DNA of 63,999 bases, filler included. It is 14 parts of 14 records of this genome, joined end to end, with 100 filler letters (N's around TTAATTAATTAA, not from the genome) between each part and the next. Parts side by side here need not be neighbours in the genome. Positions count along the whole stretch, not along the records: positions 50,225 to 55,553 come from SRR9188676_2814; positions 55,654 to 58,657 come from SRR9188676_2822; positions 58,758 to 61,230 come from SRR9188676_2834; positions 61,331 to 63,999 come from SRR9188676_2836; 10 more parts are not named here. The stretch is one strand, 5' to 3'. Below, piece after piece: positions 55,411 to 63,999 of the stretch. A program made the position numbers and the translations under genes. Within the stretch, counting starts at the first letter, position 1. Each line of letters starts with the position of its first letter. Below the pieces are notes generated by a model, which worked only from the letters and a program-made list of their open reading frames with translations, ran no database searches and was not told the origin of the DNA.

Positions 55411-55553
55411 ATCGGGAAAACTTTAAATTAAAATTTTCGGAAAAGTAAGAATCCGGATGAAAGTATATCCTCAGGAAAATTTCCGGGGAAACTTTCAGGG
55501 AAAATTTCGGGAAATTACAGGAAAACTCCCGACGGGAAAATTTCCGGGGAAAA
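55411..55553. repeat. Degenerate 10-15-bp quasi-palindromic repeats GG(G)AAAATTTCC at contig end
   Basis: GGAAA starts at 55415, 55439, 55474, 55487, 55499, 55510, 55520, 55535 and 55548. Confidence 0.85.
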
Positions 55554-55746
55554 NNNNNNNNNNNNNNNNNNNNNNNNNNNNNNNNNNNNNNNNNNNNTTA
55601 ATTAATTAANNNNNNNNNNNNNNNNNNNNNNNNNNNNNNNNNNNNNNNNNNNNAGAAAAGGGGGGAGTCCAGATGATCATCGCGAGATTCGAGGAATTTG
55701 GGCTTCAGGTCAACAACTCTCAAGAAATAGGAAGGAAACAACTCAC

Positions 55747-56719
55747 CATTCAGCTGGCGCATTTCCTCTTCGCGGCCTCTCATAAGCTTCATTTCATCAG
55801 TGATGTGGCCCATAGCCTCCTCAAGATGATTCACGCGGTTCTGCACACGTGTCAGTGCTTCTGCCTTGGCTGCATCTGAATTTGAAACAAGTCATAAAAC
55901 AAAATATAAATAATAATAAATGTTGAACAAGGCTGTTCGACTTCCAATATTTCGTTTCATTTTCTTTTCCAGAAGCCAGAAGGGACTAGATTCGACTCAT
56001 AGAATCACTATCAGGGCTGCATAAAGGTGAAATGAAATCGAAGAAGCAAAAAAAAGAAAGAAAGGAATGAGAAATATCAATCAGGATGCCTGAACGAGGC
56101 TAAAAAGATGAAAATGAGAAGCCATCGCGATCCCCGTCATCGGAATTCTGAACAGAGATTTCTCGCAACAAATCAAAGGATATTACATACCCGAATAGTC
56201 ATCCTCTTCATATCTGGCATCGATGGCAACATCAATGAAGAGAGCATCATTCTCTGTAGTCGGGAATAAGAATAATATGAGCACTCACCATTTTCAATCG
56301 GGCTTTAAAAAAAGCACAGGGACGTACCGCGCCAGTCGCCAGAAGAAGTTGTGAAACAGACAAAGTACTCGCCATCATCAAGAGAAGAGAATGCGAACTT
56401 GCCCTTACCGGCTTCCGCAGTCTTATCATAGAATACCTTGTCTTGACCATGGGCCTACACACAAGGAAGGATGCGATGAGAAAATCGAAGAAATCAAGAG
56501 CAATAATTCCCAGCTGACCTTGATATTGACTCGAGTGGCAGCAGGATTTTCAGCTTGGATGATAATATTGTAGTCGACCACGATCAATTCATGAGCTTCC
56601 ACATCCTCTTTGAAGCACTTGGAACCACCATCAAGAGGGAGCTGGATCTTGAGACAATATATGCTTTGAATCAGGAACAATAGTCCAACAAGAACGGCTT
56701 CTATCCTCAAATAAGCCAT
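55747..56719 (-). CDS. p24/emp24/gp25L (TMED, GOLD-domain) cargo receptor, spliced, 3' end off-contig
   Basis: Exons 56719-56519, 56454-56328, 56253-56191 and 55875-55747. Signal peptide, KCFKE, GKFAFSS..GEYFVCF and coiled coil REEEMRQLN. Confidence 0.9.
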
Positions 56720-56892
56720 GTTTTGTTCAGAGTATTTCACAATGCGTTCCTTCACTTCACATCCATTCAGCTCCACGTCAGCCGTCGGATCAATCAATTT
56801 TGAAAGGACGCATGGCTGAGAGGGTCGAGCTGTCGTCTTGATTGATTTTCCCTTGAGTTTTCTCGCTTGTAATCTCCGTATAACACGCGAAA

Positions 56893-58065
56893 ATGACAAG
56901 TCGATTCGATGAAGACCAGCATATGGAAAGCTTCAATGTCGATAATGACTTTGAAGGCGGACAGTGGATCAATGGCGAGTTCTTTTATGAAAAAAAGAAA
57001 GAGAGGCGTCGAATGACCAAAGATGAAGCCCTCTATGGATATGATTCTGATGATGATCGCAATAATCTGAAGAAAATGCGTGTGGATAAGCCCCTTTTCT
57101 TTGTGAAATCCGATGAGGTCATGGGTGGGGATAGTACTGAAATGAAGAAGGCTGAGCCTGCCCCAGCTAGTGCAGCAGCTGAGGCCCCTACACCAGCACC
57201 TCGTCCTCCACCGCGCGGCTCTGCAGGCTTTGCAGGCCTTCGCCAAGCCACAGCTCCGATCGCTGAATGGGAAAAACACACCAGGGGTATTGGTATGAAG
57301 CTTCTTGAAAAGATGGGATACAAGAAAGGTCAGGGTCTTGGTAGGGATGGAGCGGGTATTGCTGAGCCTATTGCTGTGAAATTGCGCCCGAAAGGAGCCG
57401 GTCTGAGCTTTGGCGATTTCGATGAGAAAACCACACAGCAGAAATTGAATGAGTACGAGCAGATGCCTGAAGAGGCTGTCGCACCAGAGGCAGTCGCTGA
57501 GCCTGTTCCCCAGCTGTGGAAGCGCGGGAACAAGGAAAAGAAAAAGAAAATTGTTTATCGTACTGCTGAGGATGTCGTGACCGAATCCGAAGGCAGACCT
57601 ATTATTGTGGACATGCGAGGGCCTCAAGCCCGTGTAATCACAAATCTCACAGAATTGAAACATACCCCGACTGGAGAGATGAAACTCCATCCGAAAAAAT
57701 TCCCCGAATTGCAACACAATGTGAAACTCCTCGTGGATTTAGCAGAATTGGACATTCAGAACTTGGACCGCAAAATCAAGCTCGAAAAGGACCGTCTCAT
57801 TGCCCTAGGCAAAGAGCGAGAAAGCCTCGAACAGCAACTACTAGAAGATGACCTGAAGGAAAAGCGCCTCAGCGAAGTGTGCCGTATAGTGGCAGAGTGC
57901 AAGGGCATGGAGGGTGTGGACATTCAGGACATCATTGGTATCTTCCAGCTCTTACGTAGTGACTATCGCGAAGAATGGACTTTGTATAATATCAGCGCCA
58001 TGATCCCGGCTGTGGCTATCCCGAGATTGAATGAAATGCTGCACACGTGGGACCCCCTGCGGCAG
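56893..58065 (+). CDS. TFIP11: Tuftelin-interacting protein 11 / Ntr1 G-patch spliceosome disassembly factor, first exon
   Basis: DFEGGQWINGEFFY..TKDEALYG (TIP_N), G-patch WEKHTRGIGMKLLEKMGYKKGQGLG..GI.EPI, IVDMRGPQ and PELQHNVKLLV. Confidence 0.93.
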
Positions 58066-58757
58066 GTACATTTTCTGTTATTTTTCTTCCCGTTTTGTTA
58101 ATTTAAGACGTTGTTAATCTCATATTGTGAAAATGCATTTATCTTTCCTGATACACTCATCCATTCCCTTATTCTTGTACTCACACTCACACCACTCTCA
58201 TTTATTTGTCCAATTCATGACGATAACATTAGCACCACCCATCACTCATACGTGCCGTTCATATCGTCTAATTTGCACTGGCTACGAATTTGCCACTCGT
58301 CTTGCTCTCTCGTACTCCTCATGTTGTTCATTTCTCCTCGGTCATTCATCCCGAATCCTTCTCTACGGATTGACCATCAAATCAACTTCCCCGACATTTC
58401 CCATCAGTATCCCAAACCCTAAAACCCCAATTCCACTATCCAAACCGTTAGATCCCCTCTTATCTGTCATATCCTCACACTATCCAGTCTCTATTGCTGT
58501 AACGATAGAGAAATAGCAGGCATGAACCGCTATTCGTCGAAAGCATATTCATTCGCCCGAATCTTCATATATTTGATCCCCATTGTGGGCTTAGTTATTA
58601 TGTGTTTGATCGCGGGATAGTTCAACAATGATTTTGGTAATGATGAGCTTCTTTTATNNNNNNNNNNNNNNNNNNNNNNNNNNNNNNNNNNNNNNNNNNN
58701 NTTAATTAATTAANNNNNNNNNNNNNNNNNNNNNNNNNNNNNNNNNNNNNNNNNNNN

Positions 58758-59827
58758 CCCGCCAGAGTCACCCTGGCAAGAGTCCTGGCCACCCTTCTGG
58801 TTCTCATCACTGCGAAATCAAAAAAGACAGGATTAGTTAGATACAAGGAGATGAGTGAACAAGAGTGAAAGGACATACTAAGCACAGATCATGTTCTCAG
58901 TGAGTTCACCGCTGTACATGTCATTGCACATGGGCTGGTCGACCATGGCGAGACCGACGGTCATGGCGTGATCAGCGACATCACTGCCAGACGAGGTGGT
59001 ACCGTAACCGGCAACGGTCACACAGGCACCAGCACGGTTGAACTCAGCACTGCAGGATGAAACAAGACACCGCAGAGCAAAAAAAGAAAGACCAACGTGA
59101 GCAAATGCAAAAAGAAGTAATTTCAAGAGAGAAAGAGAGAGAGAGAGCAGGGGTAAAAGATAGAAAGAAACAAAACAAAACGTACGCGCGGTGGTAGTCA
59201 AGGAAATGGGAGGTCTCAGTGACAGGGCGGTCGAGCTTGAGGAGGGTGATATCGTTATCGAGGGTGTTGTAGTTGAACTCGGGGTGCTCGAACTTGGCAA
59301 CGACGTTGTACATGGTACCGTCGGTGTCGCCCCAGTAGTACTTGTTGGCGCCAACGTAGATTTCGTAGCCCCTGGGGTCAGCACCATAGGAGCAGTGGTT
59401 GGCAGTCAAAACCCACTCGGGGGCAATGAGGGAACCACCGCAGAGGGAGCCAGCGGGAGCGGCAACGACGAGGAAAGGATACTGTCATTAACAATCCAAA
59501 GATAATATTAGATACAATGAGGAGAAAGGGAGTTGAATGAATTTCTGTACCTCATCGGGGAAAGCATCCTCACCGTTCACGATACGGCCGGGGCCAGTAG
59601 CGGCAACGCAGGCACCACCATCCTGGTGACCCTCACCAGAGGGAGGAACCGAGGAGGAGGGAGGGACGGGGGAGGAGCTCATGCCACCGAAAGCTAAGAA
59701 AGAAAGTAACGCCACATCAGGTTGCGATTCCAATTTTTGGTACGGAGCAAGGGGCAAGAACAAAAAGATTACCAGAGGCAAGGCCGATGGTGGCAGAGGC
59801 AACGAGGAACTTAGTAAGGGCGTTCAT
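58758..59827 (-). CDS. Secreted trypsin-like (S1A) serine protease, spliced, 3' end off-contig
   Basis: Signal peptide MNALTKFL.., activation site R|IVNG, CGGSLI..WVLTANHC, NDITLLKL and DSCQGDSGG (S1 Asp). Confidence 0.97.
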
Positions 59828-61496
59828 ATTAAATAGCAGGAGAACAAGACAAGACAGAAACAATGATGAAAACGCACTTGAGTGGTTTTTTTCGCCTCTA
59901 TAGAAAACGCTTGGGCCGTATAGGGGGGGTATGAACAAAAAATTGTTGCAAGGAAAGTGCAATTTCAAAACAATGAGGAATAACAAAACAAAAACAAAAA
60001 CTGCTCTCGAAAGCTCGTTGTTTGCCGTGTTACTTGTTCTACATATTGTTCCAAATTCCTACACACTCTTTTCCACTCGAAGAAAAGTCCTTTAAAATTG
60101 TTAAAATCTTTGGTGCAGAGAAGGATTTACTGAACCGTTAGCGAGGTGTATTTGAGGTGTTCTTTCATCCTAACGCGTTTCACTTCCTCTTGAACGGGAA
60201 AAGTGGGACACGAAATTGTGAACCTCTGTCAAGGGAATGTTTGTCTTTGGGATCGTGCCTTGCATTGCCTCTCCTCCTCTTTGGTTATCAGTGTATATCT
60301 CGACTGATGTATAATCACACGAAGCTCTTTCATTTGAATCCTTCTTGTTGGTCGCGTGAAAACTGTGTAACTCGGGTTTCAACAAGTCGAGATGATGAGG
60401 GGGCCAGGCAAGCAAGGAGGTAATCACTCAATGGTTATATATATCTTGCTCTTATGATTCTCTATTTTCAGCGAGCTCTATTATGGAGACCTCTCGAAGA
60501 AGTCACCGTTGATCTAGTTGTGTCCTAGTTCCATCCTACCGATAGACTCACTCATTTATCTACCACACTCTCACTCTCACTCTCACATTGCACGACTCCT
60601 TTCACACCATCTCTCGATCACACAACAACTGTCTCCATCGAGTCTTGTGAAAACTATTCTGGAGAGGCAATTCTTGATGGTCTCTGATTTCAATCGCTTC
60701 CGGATTCCGCTCTTTGCTCAAATCACAGAGACCCATCAGTAAACTCCAGCTCGTTTTCCTGAGAACGAGGACATCCAGGACGACCGAAGTGGATCTTCAA
60801 GTTTACGGGATAACTCATAATGCTGTGATTTCTTTCGATTTCCTCCACCATCAAGCTCTGTGACGTGTTGTTTCTTTCACCTCGAGGATAACTCATCTGA
60901 GCCCGAGAGACTTTCTTTGCAAATTAACATCAAAAAAAGTGTGCAAGGCTCCAAGGCTCGCACCGTTTCACACTTTCTGCTGCCGACTTCGAATTGAACT
61001 AATTTTCTGCTGTTTATCTCGTTTTCGGTTCTCTTTTCGTTCTAGTCTCATGTCAACTATTCTCACTCCTCTATCTTTGCTCAGTCTCTCTGCCTCTTTG
61101 TGTTTTGTGAGAGTCAAAATATCCCGCGCAAGGATGCAGTATCATACCGTGCGCTCCGCGTGTTAGAGTCGAGACTCACCTGGGGGCCATTCACGAATTA
61201 CGTAAGAAAAAAAAGTGGAATTTTAGACACNNNNNNNNNNNNNNNNNNNNNNNNNNNNNNNNNNNNNNNNNNNNTTAATTAATTAANNNNNNNNNNNNNN
61301 NNNNNNNNNNNNNNNNNNNNNNNNNNNNNNTCAACTACAGTGGCATGTGCGAAACTTGTCTCGGGGACCATGCGGAGTACTATTATTTTCCCTTCATCCT
61401 GATGCAGTGTCAGAACCGTAGGTAGTGATCTCAGCTGTACTGAATATACTGACTGTCGCTGAGACTGATGTAATAACCTTTGTTCATAATGTGCAG

Positions 61497-63808
61497 GTTC
61501 GATCCCTGGCATGCTCCGACTCTGGTGTCTTCGAGGCCTCGGATGAAATTGGAGTGCTGATCTGGAAGGCACCGCCTCCCAGGGAAACAGGTAACGTTCC
61601 TGATCATATTTTGCCCTCGTCGACCCTATATTATCAACCCTTTGATTCTGGTAGTTTCTCGGCTTATCTGCTCTCTATGCCCTCAATGATTCTGGTAATT
61701 TATGAGCAATATTTATTTCGACTCGCTGTCCAGATGAAATTAGCACACCTCGACGTGGTGTGCGCGATGACGGGGTGAGCACCCCCCACAGTGCCCTGCG
61801 GTCCTCCTCGGATCACACCCATGCCCAGGCCCATACCCAGCCCCCACCCTCACCCTTGGTCTCTACCCCATCGCACACCCAATCACACACTCCCCCACAC
61901 GCACAGTCACACCCACCATCCACCTCCGCCACGCGCTCCGCCCACACCCATCCCCTGACGTCCCCTCGACTCGCATCCACTCGCCAGTCCACCACTAGCA
62001 GCCCCAGTACCAGCACTACTTCGACCACTGCGGTTCCAGCTCTTGCTCTCGGAAATCCGTCCTCTTCTGCTGCGCAGACTCCAGTCAGTACAGCCACAAA
62101 TACTGCTACTACGAGTCATAATATTTCACCAACCGTGGCAGCGCGTGCTACTGCCCAGCTCGCTATGGGTACAGCAGAACAGGACCTCGATGACGAAGTC
62201 TTTGTGAGAAAGCGCAGAAAGCCAGCGCAGAGGCAACCCGCTCAGACACAGCTACAGCCACAACCACCTTCATCCACCTCCAGAAGTGCCAAGGACACTG
62301 CTGCTGCACTACTGACCGAGTCAGAGAGCGGTACGCCCATTCTGGCGGAGAAAGAGCCCTCACAGGCCTCATCTTCATCCTTGGCGACAGTACCCATACC
62401 TGCCCTCGGGGATATCGCAATGGAATTGTCTGATGCAAACGCACAGTCAGGAGCTAACCGGTCTAGCCCCTCGGAGTCCCTTACCACATCTTCGAGCACA
62501 CGGTCCAAGAAAACGAAAAGAAAGTAGGTCTTTCACTTTTTCTTTCTCTTTGGTTTTTGTTTCTTTGTTGCTTCCTTTCTTTTTCTGTGTGTGTTTGTGA
62601 CTCTGAGAGCTTTCAGCTCTTATTTTGTTGTCGCCGACATGTATATTTGCTCGGGTACAGTGTGTGATGTATGTGGCTTTCGTATATATATTTGAGGGCG
62701 GAAACGAAATGATTTTTAGAACAAATCACGTGGGTATGGGGAAAGGGCTAATCTTCAACAAATTAGTAAAATATCGACTTACATTTTATATTCTCTCTCT
62801 GGATATGCACAGAATTGAACCAGAGGCAGCAGCGTCATCCGTCTCCGTAACTGAAATACCCGATAAAAAGGCCAAGACTGTGACCCCACTCAGAAAATCA
62901 CAGCCCGATTCCCACGCTACGAAACCCATCTCTGAGGTATGCGTACATCCTGGAAGTAGATCAATGCAGTTACTCTCGCACACCCTCTATCTTTCCCCTC
63001 GAGTTGATTTCCTGTATCGATTTCTGACCCTCATAAAAATTTACCGTGCATTTTCATTACCGCCTATCTGCATTCTCTATCCCATTATCATACCAACCCC
63101 CCGGGCTCACTTCACTCTCTCTCCGACCTTACATTGCACTATGTCATTCCCACTCAAACCAAATCAGGTCCATCCCGTGGAGGCGAAGCGCTCAGTGTCC
63201 CCAGAGATGAAGCCCTCCATTGCCAGCCCCAACAGTAGTAGTAGTATTAGTGGCAATCAGTCTGTTCCTAATGCCCCTCCATCCACAAGCTCCAAGGCAA
63301 CGGCTCGCAGGAAACTCGGATTGCAAGATCAAAGCCACGCACCCACATCTACATCGCAGCAGCATGAAGCACCCAAGGAATCCATCAGCCAGCTTCATGC
63401 CGAGCAAGCCTCGGCACCAGCGCAATCATCTCTTCCTTCTTCATCAGCATCCATCATCCCTTCATCATCCGAATCTGTTTCAACGATCCCTGTCCCGATG
63501 ATGGTGTCAAACGATGTGGATAAGGGGGAGTCTGGGTTTGAGATCGGAGTAACAGGTGCAAGCACTAGTGAGAGTGATAGTCAGGCCACAAGACTTGGAC
63601 ATGCAGGGGTAGGAAATGGAGTGGGGACTGTTCTAGGTCATCATGATGAAGGGGATGGTCAGGGTCAGGGTCAGAGTGACCATGAGAGTGCCCATGAACA
63701 ACAGAGTAGTGGGTTGCCTCGGGACCCGCAGGCGGAGATGCAGTCACTGAATGACGCTGTGCGGTTCCTCACTGAGGATAACGATGTCTTGATGGCCGAG
63801 CTTCTCAG
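61497..63808 (+). CDS. Spliced eukaryotic gene with long S/T/P/Q-rich low-complexity exons, function unknown
   Basis: Open frames at 61760-62527 and 62800-63808, GT-AG junctions (e.g. 62937 GTATGC to 63167 CAG) and a basic RKRRK motif. Confidence 0.5.
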
Positions 63809-63999
63809 GTATCTACTCCTATTCTCATTCTCCTCGATATTAGCATTCTCGCCTTGGCTATTCCGACCTCTCCCCTAAAGTGTTACTGAAGGGGCATATA
63901 ACGGGGTTCCAAAGATTCTCAGAAATCTGGAAAGTGTCACCCATTTCGTCGCTCCTTCAGTAGCCCGTTCCGGGAGAGAGAGAGAGAGAGAGAGAGAGA

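Noticed and set aside
55471-55553. NF-kB-like sites (GGGAAATTTCC)
   Set aside because: No gene context or evidence of an animal-type enhancer. The resemblance is explained by the repeat itself.
56289-56327. Apparent 25-nt intron plus 14-nt microexon in the p24 gene
   Set aside because: A single 74-nt intron (56327-56254) restores the frame (WR-ENDALFIDV). The microexon model is out of phase at the CAG acceptor.
61493-61517. tRNA T-arm-like GCAGGTTCGATCCCTGG
   Set aside because: No D-arm or acceptor stem upstream, and it coincides with a plausible splice acceptor (gtgcag|GTT).

Overview
This window is not one locus. It contains 14 unrelated contigs joined by 13 identical 100-nt artificial spacers (N44-TTAATTAATTAA-N44). 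Contigs 1-2 (1-17045 and 17146-22466) are AT-rich Bacteroidota DNA, probably Cytophagales. Contig 1 carries a YghO/ceramide-synthase-like GNAT gene, a Schlafen/AlbA-ATPase gene, cysS, two rhomboids, dxs, a His-rich small ORF before a CzcA/CusA-TolC fusion plus adaptor, and a Rieske/beta-barrel/YceI cluster. Contig 2 carries a partial rhamnulose aldolase-dehydrogenase, a GH63 glycosidase and ilvA. Most remaining contigs are intron-containing microbial-eukaryote DNA: an alkaline-phosphatase-superfamily gene, a PZP-finger gene, RING-PHD, tandem cbEGF, a UBR-like ligase, an ankyrin protein, p24, TFIP11 and a trypsin. The standout is the non-coding contig 50225-55553. It holds about 23 copies (18 exact) of the decamer ACACCTTTCC in both orientations, most followed about 25-60 nt downstream by a unique A/C-rich tract, and it ends in a GGAAAATTTCC-like repeat block. 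This looks like an array of small-RNA cassettes. My best hypothesis, unproven, is kinetoplastid-type guide-RNA genes. A second recurring oddity is introns built from degenerate copies of the adjacent exon and splice junction. All family assignments come from motif recognition only; no searches were run.
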